Below are positions 1 to 11,764 of a stretch of 64,000 bases of DNA, one piece after another. Positions within the stretch are counted from its first letter, which is position 1. Every line of letters begins with the position of its first letter. Location: positions 85,250,001 to 85,314,000 of the forward strand of contig NC_042997.1 in the NCBI RefSeq assembly GCF_006345805.1. Direction: 5' to 3'. The position numbers were made by a program, and so were the translations under genes. This DNA is from Octopus sinensis (Eukaryota). The notes beneath the pieces are model-generated. The model ran no database searches, was not told the origin of the DNA, and worked only from the letters and a program-made list of their open reading frames with translations.

Positions 1-243
1 ATATATATATATATGTACATATATATGTATATATAATGTGTGCGTATGTATATATATATATATACATATATGTATATGTGTATATGTATATATATGTATA
101 TACGTACGTACATACATACATACACACTCATACAGAAACGCACGCACACAAAGAGCCTCATGCAAGTGAGCGTGAAACTATGCAAGATTGCGTGTGTGCG
201 AGTGTGTCTGCGCGTCTGTGTGGGTCTGTGTGTCTCTGCGTTT

Positions 244-281
<38 letters not shown>

Positions 282-372
282 ATAATAAAGGAAAAGAAAA
301 AAGGTGTGAATCCCTTGCCACTACTCTCTTCTTTCATTTTTTTCTTTTTCTTTTTCTTTTTCTTTTTCTTTA
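1..372. repeat. Compound (TA)/(CA)/(TG) microsatellite and T-rich tract
   Basis: Direct reading; explains the four low-complexity ORFs at 36-416. Confidence 0.95.
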
Positions 373-1899
373 TATTCCCCGTTGACAAGACTTGTCGTCG
401 TGTATTGCGAACATAAAAATGTCAACGAGATTCAAATCAACGAAAATTAAATAAACTGTCAAGCGTGTTTACGATGGCAGTTGACAATAACAACAAAATA
501 TAGTAACTCAAACTCAAAAAAACACCAAGAAAACAAATAACAATGACAACAACAACAGTAATAATAATACAAATAACTGAAATATCAAGAAACTAAATTA
601 TTAAAGTGTCCTCCCCGCGTAAACAATAGAAAAGTGAAATGCGCGCACAAGTGTGTATTTGTATGTATATGTATGTGCATGTACATGTATGTGAGGAGCG
701 TAAAATAAAATGTAGACACAAGTTACTTTACTTATATAATAAGTTTCATGATAAATAGCAATAATAGTTCCCTTTAGGTTATTTTAGTTTAGTTTAAATT
801 AGTTTAGATGATATATTTTTGGTTATGTTGTCTAGGATTTAATTATAGTTAGTCTTTATTGATATTTCTTGTTTTAATTAGTTCATTTTTATGTATATTA
901 ATTTAGCAGTTTATGGTACGTTAAAACTTTAATATTTATATTAGATTTTTTTTATTTTTTTATTTTTATTTTTATTTATTTTATTTTATTATATTTTTTA
1001 TTTTGCATTTGTTATATGTATTTTGAGGATATATTTATATGTTTTTGGGTGTTATTTAGTGGTGTTCTTATTGAGTTTTGTATGTATGTGTGAATGTTTA
1101 AGATCCCTTTGTTTTTTGTTTTTTATTTGTATGTTGAATTGACAGATTTTATTTGGGTATTGTCTTTTATAATAAAGTACACACCCATAACAATTATAAG
1201 TGCCCACTTCATTCGTTGTACTTGGGTTTGCATGTGAGCCTCAGCATATGCACCTAACGGCCACTCCAGCCCCACATGGATAAATAAACACATACATCCC
1301 CTAAAAATAATAAAAAATAAAAAAAAAATAAAAAAAAAATGGGAGTAATCCCATTCACACCAATTATATGTATACAATTATACACACTTGAATAATACAT
1401 ACTAGCCCTAATATACAGAACATACTAATAATCACCAACTAACCACCATCACAAATGAAACCCCAACCATACAATGACAAAACTCCCCCATACCCTATTT
1501 ACACCTACATAGTAATCCAATATATTCTTCCATACATGGACGCAAGTGCGTGAAGCACATGAACATAATTAGTACGTACAACCCCTAATACACACTAATA
1601 TATACGTATCAAGTTCGACCTCCACAGTGATAAGTTTACACACAATCACACCCAGATGGGTGAATTGCACAACCAGTGAATGCTCACACATACGGGCGCG
1701 ATTACATTGTTGCATATATCGAGCCAAAATAGTATGCATATGTACATGTGAGGGGTACACGTAAATGAAGTGAGCGTGTACCCCCTGTATTTATACCCGT
1801 GCGTGAATATACACATGGAGACTACCACACAGTACAATGTGTTTAGAAATGGGAGCCCCATCACTACACTTTATGTATACTCTCACCCATCCGCACGGA

Positions 1900-3560
1900 T
1901 GTGTAAGTGTATCTCCGGTGTATATGTTGAGGCTTATATGTAGAGTTGTTGAAGGGAACGTCGTTGAAATTGTGAATGAATGGGTAGAGTTGGGAATTGT
2001 AACCGGGTGGTGGACTAGTGTTGCTTGGAATTGTGAATGGATTAGGGTGGTAATGAGGTAGGCATTGAGTATGGGTTACTGTAAGTTGTTTGTTAGAGTT
2101 GCTAGGGTGAGTTAAAGCTCATAAATGTATATAATTGATTTTCATGATAGTTTTTAAAGAATCCATTCATAATAAATTTTTTTTAAGTAGCGTTGGTTTG
2201 CTACGTGGAAATAGTTTTTAGTTCCATTTATTATATTTCTCCATTCATACTATGAATGACGTTTACTTTCTATGGCGCGTATTCTTTTTTTACATTAGTT
2301 ATTTCCATGGTAACGTAATTTTGTTTGGTTTTTTAACGGCTAAGAATCTAATTTCACTTCATAATTTGTAACTGAATTGTAAGTATGTATTTGATTTATC
2401 CTTATGTCATAATGTTATTTTTGATATTCTGGTTAATTACGATGTATTTATTGTTGTTTTCATAAGAGTGTTTATGTATATGAGATTGGTTGTGAGTTTT
2501 TAATTGTATAATTAATTTATTTATCTGTATGAGTGTGGGTGTAAATATTGTTGTATATATCGAGTTTTAGTGAGTATGTATATGCGTATATGTATCTGTT
2601 GTGTGTGTGTGTTTTGCGTGTGTGTGTGTTTGTGTGTGAATGTGTATTTGGGTTTGTTATTTAGGATTTGGGATGTATGTGTTAATTTGTCTGTGTGGGG
2701 AGGGAGTGGTTTTTGGTGTATATTGAGGTTTATAAGTTAGTATAGGTTGTGTATAAGTCTTGGGTCTGTGGTTTACGTGTGGGTTTTTTGTGTGTGAATG
2801 TTTAGGTTAGGGGGATTGCTATATAAGTTTGTTATAGGGTTTAGCAAAGGGAGATTTTATCGTTATATGCTTTTATGAGTTTTGGTTTATCATGGTTTTT
2901 TTAGGTAATTCGTGGTATTTTGTCTATTTTAGGTGTTGGTTATTTTTTTACATTGTTTCATTCATAATTTTTGAGTGGTGTTCGTTTTGCCACGTGAATA
3001 ACCGGGTGGTGGACTAGCGTTGCTTGGAATGTGAATGGAATAGTGTGTATAGTGAGGTAGGCATAGAGAATGGGATTGGGTTACTGCAAGTTGTTGTTAG
3101 AGATGCTAAGGTGAGTTAAAGCTCATAAATGTATATAATGTTTTTTGTGGGTGTGTAAGTATTGTTGTATATGTCGAGTTTAGTGAGTATGTATAGGCGT
3201 ATATGTGAGGGAGTATATGTATCTTTTGTGTGTGAGTGTTTTGCGTGTGAGTGTGTGTTTGTGTGTGAATGTGTATATGGGTTTGTTATTTAGGTTTTGG
3301 GATGTATGTGTTAATTTGTCTGTGTGGGGAGGGAGTGGTTTTGGTGTATATTGAGGTTTATAAGTTAGTATAGGTATGTGTATAAGTCGTGAGTCTGTGG
3401 TTTACGTGTGTGTATTTGTGTGTGAATGTTTAGGTTAGGGGGTTTACTTTATAGGTTTGTTATAGAGTTTAGCAAAGGGAGATTTTATCGTTATATGTTT
3501 TTAAGAGTTTTGTTTTATCATGGTTTTTTTTAGGAATTCGTGGTAATTAGTCTATATTTT
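1900..3560 (-). mobile_element. Heavily degraded non-LTR retrotransposon RT C-terminal relic, present as two partial tandem copies
   Basis: C/A-rich on the minus strand; broken frames give NLNIHTQKTH...INLNIHQKPLP and KTLYTFM...QQLAVTQSHSL, loosely like the post-YADD/thumb region of I/jockey-group RTs; 1985-2135 ~ 3000-3140 and 2530-2940 ~ 3145-3560. Confidence 0.35.
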
Positions 3561-3680
3561 CGATATGGATTATATATAGGTTATATATGGATTATATACT
3601 TATATTTTTTTTTTTTATACTTTAATTATTTAAAAGTATTATTTTTATATTTTAAAATTTTGATTTTTTAGATTGGAAGT

Positions 3681-3723
3681 CCACCTGAAGATTGTCGATC
3701 AAGACAAGAAACGATTGTAGTGG
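3681..3723 (+). ncRNA. Minimal type-I hammerhead ribozyme at a PLE-type 3' end
   Basis: CCAC-CTGAAGA-TTGTC(GATCAA)GACAA-GAAA-C(GATT)G-T-A-GTGG: intact core, stems I/II/III all pair, GUA cleavage triplet; followed by a T-rich tail and (TA)n. Confidence 0.75.
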
Positions 3724-3883
3724 CGGTTTTTTTGACTATTTATTAAATTTTATGTATTGATTAAGTCTTTCCTTGTTTGTTTTGCAAAATAGTGGTTTTG
3801 TCTCAAATAATATTTTATTATATTTATATATATTATATATATTATATATACATGTATATACGTAAATATATATATATATATAT

Positions 3884-3919
<36 letters not shown>

Positions 3920-4509
3920 CATACATATATGTACGTGCGTATGTGTCAGCGCGTGTGCGCATGCGTATGTGTATTTGTGTATATGTTTGACGAATTCTCA
4001 ACGCCGAGACTTCAACTTCTGCATATAATATATTAACTCAATCATCATATTGAGTCCTACCATGAGTGACTTTTTGCTATTTGTCACTTCACAACCCTAA
4101 CACACGAACTCACAGAGACTGACTCGTACACCCTTATATTTATTCACAGTTTCACACACACACACACGTGGAACTTTTGTAAGAGCTAATCCTAATTGTG
4201 GAGAAGTGATAAATGACTTACTTAAATAAAAAAATAAACATTCATGATTTGTACCATTCTTGGTATAGAATCTTGTAGCCTGTCGATAGTACGATCATCA
4301 GATTTGGCCGATCGGATCTGACTCGTTGATCGTGAAAATTCTCTTTAGTGTAAGTACATAAAGATGTACCTTTGCGTGTTAATATTAGATGATGAGAGAT
4401 GTACTTTCGAAATGAATGAACTGTCTCTCACTTAAATATTTTATCCTCCTTCATACGATTTCAATGTCCATAATCATATGAATGTTCTTTTCCCAATAAC
4501 TATTTTACT

Positions 4510-5335
4510 ATTTTCTGCAGTTATATTACTTTCAAATTTTGGCACAAAGCCAGTAATTTCGGGAGAGGGAGAAGTCGATTAGATTGATCGCAGTGCTCAA
4601 CTGGTACTTATTTTATCGACTCCCGAAAGGCTGAAAGCAAAGACAATCTCGATGGAATTTGAGCTCGGAACGTAAGGACGGACGAAATGCCGCTAAGCAT
4701 TTTAAGCGGTGCGAAAACGATTCTGCCAGCTGCCTTCCTAATTGTTTTGTAGTTATATTGGTTTCAAATTGTAGCACAAGGCTAGCAAGTTTGAGAAAAG
4801 GAACGAGTCGATAACAGCGATCCCAAATGTCAGCTAGTACTTATTTTATCAACCCCCATAAGGATGAAAAGCAAAGTTGAAAAATCGAATGCAGAACGTA
4901 AAGACGCACGAAATACCTATTTCTTTACTACCCACAAGGGGCTAAACACAGAGAGGACAAACAAGGACAAACAAGGACAAACAAACGGATTAAGTCGATT
5001 ATATCGACCCCAGTGCGTAACTGGTACTTATTTAATCGACCCCGAAAGGATGAAAGGCAAAGTCGACCTCAGCGGAATTTGAACTCAGAACGTAGCTGCG
5101 GACGAAATACCTATTTCTTTATTACCCACAAGGAGCTATACACAGAGGAGACAAACAAGGACAGACACACGCATTGAGTCGATTATATCGACCCCAGTGC
5201 GTAACTGGTACTTATTTAATCGACCCCGAAAGGATGAAAGGCAAAGTCGACCTCGGCAGAATTTGAACTCAGAACGTAACGGCAGACGAAATACCGCTAA
5301 GCATTTTGCCCGCCGCGCTAACGGTTCTAACAGCT
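4510..5335 (-). mobile_element. Cluster of family-A tRNA-derived SINEs (one old copy plus a stacked trimer)
   Basis: Reverse complement of GAGCTGGCAGAA..GTTAGC, B-box-like GAGTTCAAATTCC and the CTTTGCCTTTCATCCTTTCGGGGTCGATAA core, repeated four times. Confidence 0.85.
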
Positions 5336-5464
5336 CACTGTCTTTTTGTGCATGATGATCAGGTTTATACAGATTCGTTTCACGGTCAATTTACCTTTTT
5401 CTAGCTATACAGAAGAAATAATCATTTTTTTTTTGCTATTCTTTCTGTCTTTATTTAGTGCACA

Positions 5465-5501
5465 CACACATACGCACACACACACAGATAGAAAGACAGA
5501 C

Positions 5502-5596
<95 letters not shown>

Positions 5597-5609
5597 AGAT
5601 AAATAGATA

Positions 5610-5653
<44 letters not shown>

Positions 5654-6128
5654 GGTATATGTATATGTATATGTATATGTATGTATGTAGGTAGGTAGGT
5701 AGGTAGGTAGGTAGGTATATAGATATTGTCTGATTGATTGATTGGTTTCTGTCTATAGGATAGAAGTCTGTCAGCAGGATATAATTTATCAAGGAAAGTG
5801 CTTTCTTTAATTCATGTCCACGTGGTTCGGTAATAGACTTTGTGTCGTAAAAGCCTGTCATAGTATGAATCAAAACAGGTTTTCGAATCGAAATGTGTCA
5901 ATAACCTTTCTATAGATTCCAGAAAATGTGATAAAAGCACACATGCTCACACACGTAAAGGCATATACGTTCATGTAGATATGTGTGTATGTGGAGGGGG
6001 TTGTGTATTTGTGCGTGCCTACTTGCATACATATGTACATGCATGAATGCATACATACATACATACATACATACATACATACATACATACATACATACAT
6101 AATACATACTCATACATACATACATACA

Positions 6129-6164
<36 letters not shown>

Positions 6165-6165
6165 G
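5465..6165. repeat. Compound microsatellites (CA)(TAGA)n(TA)n(TAGG)n and (CATA)n
   Basis: Direct reading. Confidence 0.95.
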
Positions 6166-6224
6166 TTGAAATTTATAGAAAAACAAAAGACAGGTGTTTG
6201 AACAACAAGCAAGTGAATTAGATT

Positions 6225-6840
6225 GACGCTCGGGAAAGTGAAAAAATCTTTTACGTTTAGAGCCTACGATCTTCAACAGAAAGGTTTAAGAGAAAATAAA
6301 CGCAGAGAGAATAAAACAAACTTGTGGATTTAGCAGTCAAGCATGGCGGCTGATTAGAAAAAAGTTTGAAAAAAGAGGTTGAAAGAAGGAGAGATAATAA
6401 AGTATTGGTGATCCCAAAATGAAGATGTACGTGCGTGTGTGTGTGTGAGAATGTGTGTGTGTGTGTGTGTGGATAGGAGCTAGTGACTTTGACGTGTGTG
6501 GATGTGTGTGCGTGTGTGCATCTCTAACGTGTGGCTGCTCATATAGTGGTATGAGCGGTGACGCTATTGAAGATTGTGTTTGGGTGTGTGGTGTGGGTGT
6601 GCGGAAGTGGTCAGTACTAGTGTGTGTGCGTGTGTAAGTGTGTGTAAGTGCAACGTCTGTAACGTGTGGCTGCTCATATAGTGGTATGTGTGGTGACGCT
6701 ATTTAAGATTATGTGTGGGTCTGGGAGTGTGCGGATGATGATATGTGGTGAGAGTGCTGGGAAGTGGTCAATGCTAGTGTGTGTGGAGTGGTATGAGGAG
6801 GGGTGAGTGCTGGGTGGGTTATAAACGTTGTGGATAATTA
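6225..6840 (-). mobile_element. Solo 3' end of a PLE related to the 51.7-54.2 kb element, with a degenerate hammerhead motif at 6248-6283
   Basis: Reverse complement CTTTCTGTTGAAGATCGTAGGCTCTAAACGTAAAAG..TTCCCGAGCGT matches 54047-54105. Confidence 0.6.
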
Positions 6841-8496
6841 GTTGGTGTTTTTTATTTATCAGATGGATCTTTACAATTCCTAAAGAAGAAATTGGACAAG
6901 TCGAAATTAGTTCGCTCTTTCTATATAAGAATTATAGAAATCTAGGTACGATGTGAAGATTCGCTCTTAAATGTCTCTATGCTTTATGTAAGCATTTTCT
7001 CTTTAGAGGAAAATGTCAATGCTTCGGCAGTTACTCGGTTTCTTCTAATATATTTCTTTGAGATATTTTTGCACTGTAACAATTAATGGTACATGTTTTC
7101 TCATATAGTTCACATTTAATGTTACCCCATGTACAAATTGTAAAAATTAGGCTTTCGGCAGTATTTTACTACGGGATAAAATAAATACTTGGTATATGGT
7201 GGTTATATCATGGTGGGTTATACCGTACAAAAGTTTCAATAAGATTGTTAGGTAATTGATAAATCATGTTGGTGAGTACTTAATTTTTCTTAGTATTGGC
7301 TTCGTGGTAATGTTTCGCTTTAGTAGTCTGCAGCTTCGTTGACGGTGACATCGTCTGGAGATGATTCATTTATAGCCTTATTCATGCATATCGGTACATG
7401 CTTGGTGGCGTAAATACATACATGTGTGTGTGTACGTATGTATGCATGCCTGTATGTTATGCGCCAGGACGTAGAAATACTTGAGTTGGTGTCGAAGAGC
7501 GCAGTAAGCCCGTTGAGAGTGAGGTACCCCTGGTCTTTGTAAAGGCATTTCTTTAGCAGAAAGCTAACTCGTGTATAAAACCCACTGCTCTACTGAGCCA
7601 GTCATCTTGCATTTTGCTTGTCGCTGAACTTCTTAGTATTGCTAATGAGTCTTTGTAGTGTTGTGCAAGCTGCACTCGACTTACAACCCTTGGACAAGTA
7701 ATACTGACTCACTTACCTCAGTCAGCACTCATGCGAATATCGACTAAAGGGGATATGGAAGGTAATTTTTTTTTTAGTAGAAAAAAATGCTCCATGCAAA
7801 CTGAACATCCAGGAAATTTTAGACAGTCGCAGATTATAATAAGCAAAAGAATGGAGCCATTCCTAGTTGTCTTCCACCATGTTAAATGATTAGTTTGACC
7901 CAGCTTTTGTTGAAACGGTCGTAACCTAAAAATAAATGTAATACCAATACCTCTATTATTTTTCCTGTTGTGTATGTATGTATGCATTATGTATGCATTC
8001 ATGTATGTATGTATGTATGTATGTATGTATGTATGTATGTATGTATGTATGTATGTATTCTTAGGTTATATCGCTTTACCTGCTTGAGCTGCCAATTTCT
8101 CCGACAATCAGCTCTAGTTAATAAGCCTTGTGTCAAAAGAATTTTATCAAATAGCACACAAGCATTTTCTCCTCTGAATCTTTTTACTCCATCTTTTATT
8201 TGTATGCCAAGGTGATTGCTTCCTCTTACAACGCTGTAAGCTCCTCCCACTGATTGTGTGTGTGTGCGTGTGTTCACTCAAGTACATTCGTATTGATTTG
8301 TTCATTCGGTCTTGATCAGATGACTAGTAGATCTCATGTGATATAGTATAAAAGTACATAATCATTGTTTATATTTGTAGTTATGCTTTCCACCATGTTA
8401 AACGATTTGTTTGACCCAGCTGTTGTTGAAACGGTCGTAACATATAAATAAATGTAATATCAATACCCCTATTATTTTACTTGTTATGCATGTATG

Positions 8497-8527
<31 letters not shown>

Positions 8528-9012
8528 TGTATGTATGTATGTATGTATGTATGTATGTATGAATCAATTCACTGCTAGTGCCACAGATAACGTGTATCTC
8601 AGTGTTGTATGGTCAGCCGTCAGCGATTATACTGGCAGCTCCACTCAGCTTGCTTAGTACGGAAGGTTATTTTGTTGGATACTCTACAGAGCGAAAAACA
8701 AAACTTGTAAAAACGGATGGTCTCGGTGGAGTCAACGGCCTTCCAACAACTGGGAGTAACAGAACCTAGTCTTTGCTTAGACATTTCTCTTGAAGGAAAT
8801 TCTCGAAGAACACCCGTCTCATTGAGAGAATGGAAGTCTTGTTTTTGCTTGTTTCTGGACTGTTTGGTTTTGACGGTGAATGTCATACTGGTGTTTTGTA
8901 AGCTGTTATTGACTTTAAAGTCCAGCACGAGGATTGTTGACGTCCATGTCTTTAGCATCTAGAAGATAATTTGTCAGTGATGGTCATACGCGTCTAGGAA
9001 TTGACAGCTACC

Positions 9013-9045
<33 letters not shown>

Positions 9046-9079
9046 TGTATACATGTATGTGCGTGTGTGTGTGCGCGCG

Positions 9080-9139
<60 letters not shown>

Positions 9140-9459
9140 TGTTGCTTATCCGAGTCAATCCTAATGGAGACGATTTGTGATCAAGAGCATTTCAGACCTG
9201 GATATCACGTCTTTTTCTGTGTTCAGATAATCAAGGATCTTTATACCAACGTATCTTTTCTAAGAGAGTAAGATGGTATTTCCTCTTTCTACTAAGTCGA
9301 GCAATATAACGGATTTCATAACATCAATATAATTGACCTGATCTACTCGCTAGTAAATAATTCTCAACATAAAAATCCAAAATGCTAAGCAATTGATTCA
9401 ATTTGGAGCGTGCGTTGAATATGGTGCGGATTGAATAGTTATGTTATTGCTTTTAATCG

Positions 9460-9870
9460 TGAGCTGGCAGGATGGTTAGCATGCCAAGCAAAATGCTTAG
9501 CAGCATTTCGTCCGCCTTTAAGTTCTGAATACAAATTCCGCCGAGGTCGGCTTTGCCTTTCATCCTTTCAGGGTCGATAAAATAACTACCAGTTGAACAC
9601 TGGTGTCGATAAAATTGACTTAGCCCCTTCCCCGAAATTGCTGGCCTTATGCCAACATTTGAAGCGAATATTAATGGCATTCTATAAGGCGGCGAAATGG
9701 CAGAATCGTTTGCATGCCGGATAAAATGCTTGGCGTATTTGATCTTTTTTTACTTCCTGAGTTCACATACTGCCGAGTTCAATTGTGCCTTTCATCCTTT
9801 CGGGATCGATTATATAAGTATCAATTGAGCACTGGGGGGGGGTTGATTAGTTTTCTGTATATAGCAAACC
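9460..9870 (+). mobile_element. Two adjacent family-A SINEs
   Basis: GAGCTGGCAG/GAAATGGCAG heads and CTTTCATCCTTT core. Confidence 0.8.
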
Positions 9871-10411
9871 TCTCTTTTCAACTTACACACACTCACACAA
9901 ATATATAAAAGGGATCTTCTTCAGTCTCAGCGATGAGTATTGAGTTGTTCAATCAACTAAATAACCCGCCAAGTCAGCATATAAGTAGCTGAATCCTCAA
10001 AAGGCTGGTGTACCCTTAATATAAGGTTTAAAGTCTGAGACAAAGTAAAAGGTTGAACTTTTGATTTACAGGTACCCTTCTTCTGAGAGCTTGTACACAG
10101 TTTCCGTTTGTCCAGTTTCACTTACAAGGTTCTAATTAACCCAGGGCTGTGGTAAATGACACTTCCCTAAGAAGCTACGCAGTAGAAATGAATCTGGTGC
10201 CTCATGACTACAAAACGAACATTTTAATCTTTCGACCATGATGCACACGCACACACACAGATACACACACACACAGAAGTCCGCTCGCAAATACACTCAT
10301 ATGTATATGTTAATATACATACATACACAAGCACGCACACACATACGAGCACGCTCAATCATACACACATATATGTATATGTGCATATACATACACATAC
10401 ATGTGTGCCCC

Positions 10412-10457
<46 letters not shown>

Positions 10458-11039
10458 AACAGACAGAAAGGCAGAAAAATTAAACATGCACAGCAAAAGC
10501 GACCTCTGTTGACTTCCTCACCCAACCAAAAATAAGTAACTAAATAAATAAGATAATTCTACAGTTTGAAGCTGAGACTTCCACTTAGTTCGTCTGACTG
10601 ATTGTCTGGCCTTGGGTATTTGTTATTCGTTCGTGCGGTAGGTCTGTCTTTAAGTGAGTGAGAGCTTGCCACCGAACAACTGGTATGACGCCTCTTAGCC
10701 AAAATCTGTCTTTCATATCAAATCTTATCGAAGGAATTCATTAAAGAAATGAAGTGCCACAACATACACGACGTGCCAACGATAATGGTTAAAATGCAGA
10801 TATTTCTCGACTAATATAATTCAAGGATATCAGCAGGCCTATTTCTTTTTCTCTTTTTCTTTTTCCCATTTATCTCTTTCGTTTTAACTTATTATCTATA
10901 TTTTTTGTGAAAGGTGAAAACGAATAAGTCAGAGGTGCTAGACCCACCAAGATTTGCTCTCGATGTTGCAGTTTCGACTCCCAACTGAATGCTAACCACT
11001 TCACATACATCAATTGCTTTATTATATACGTCCAGGAAG

Positions 11040-11640
11040 GTAGCGAGCTGGCAGAAACGTTAACATGCCGGGCGAAATGCTTAGTGGTATTTCGCCTGCC
11101 GTTATGTTCTGAGTTCAAATTTCGCCGAGGTCGACTTTGCCTTTCATCCTTATGGGGGTCGATAAATTAAGTACGAATTACGCCCTGGGGTCGATGTAAT
11201 CGACTTAATCCCTTTGTCTGTCCTTGTTTGTCCTATCTATGTTTAGCCCTTGTGGGCCATAAAGAAATAAGAATCGTTAGCACACTGGACAAAAAGGTCG
11301 ATTTTGCCTTTCATCTTTTTGAGGTTGATAAAATAAGTACCAATTGAGCACTGGGGTCGATGTAATCGACTTACCCGCTCCCCCGAACTTGCTGGCATTG
11401 TGCAGAAATTCTAAAGTATTATATAGGCTCAGTGCGGCGAGTTGGCAGAATCGTTATCACTCCGGAACAAGGGCATAGCGGCATTTCTTCAGGTTCTTTT
11501 CGTTCTGAGTTTAAATTCATATCTATCGAGATCAATTTTACCTTTCATCCTTTCGGAGACGATAAAATAGGAACCTGTTTAGTCCCGGGGCCATTACAGT
11601 CGACCAAACTACTCTTGCGAAATTTCAGGCTTTGTGCCTA
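11040..11640 (+). mobile_element. Family-A SINE cluster (long-tailed copy joined to an older copy, plus a third copy)
   Basis: Same head and core motifs; junction AAAGAAATAAG|AATCGTTAG at about 11272. Confidence 0.85.
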
Positions 11641-11764
11641 AAGGGAATGGGTGAATTCCTTCGATGCGTTTGTGTTTGCATAGATTTTCCTTTTATTATT
11701 TCTTTTTTGCCTCCTCTTCATTATAAGATTGGAGCTTCTCCAAAACAAGGGGTATTCGCTGAAT

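Noticed and set aside
4289-4335. Hairpin ACGATCA..TGATCGT followed by GAAA, with CTGTCGA upstream, as a hammerhead
   Set aside because: Four extra nucleotides before stem II and no stem I pairing
4870-5335. Tandem SINE units or recurrent SINE tails as a CRISPR-like array
   Set aside because: Eukaryotic context, units of about 190 bp, no constant repeat with unique spacers
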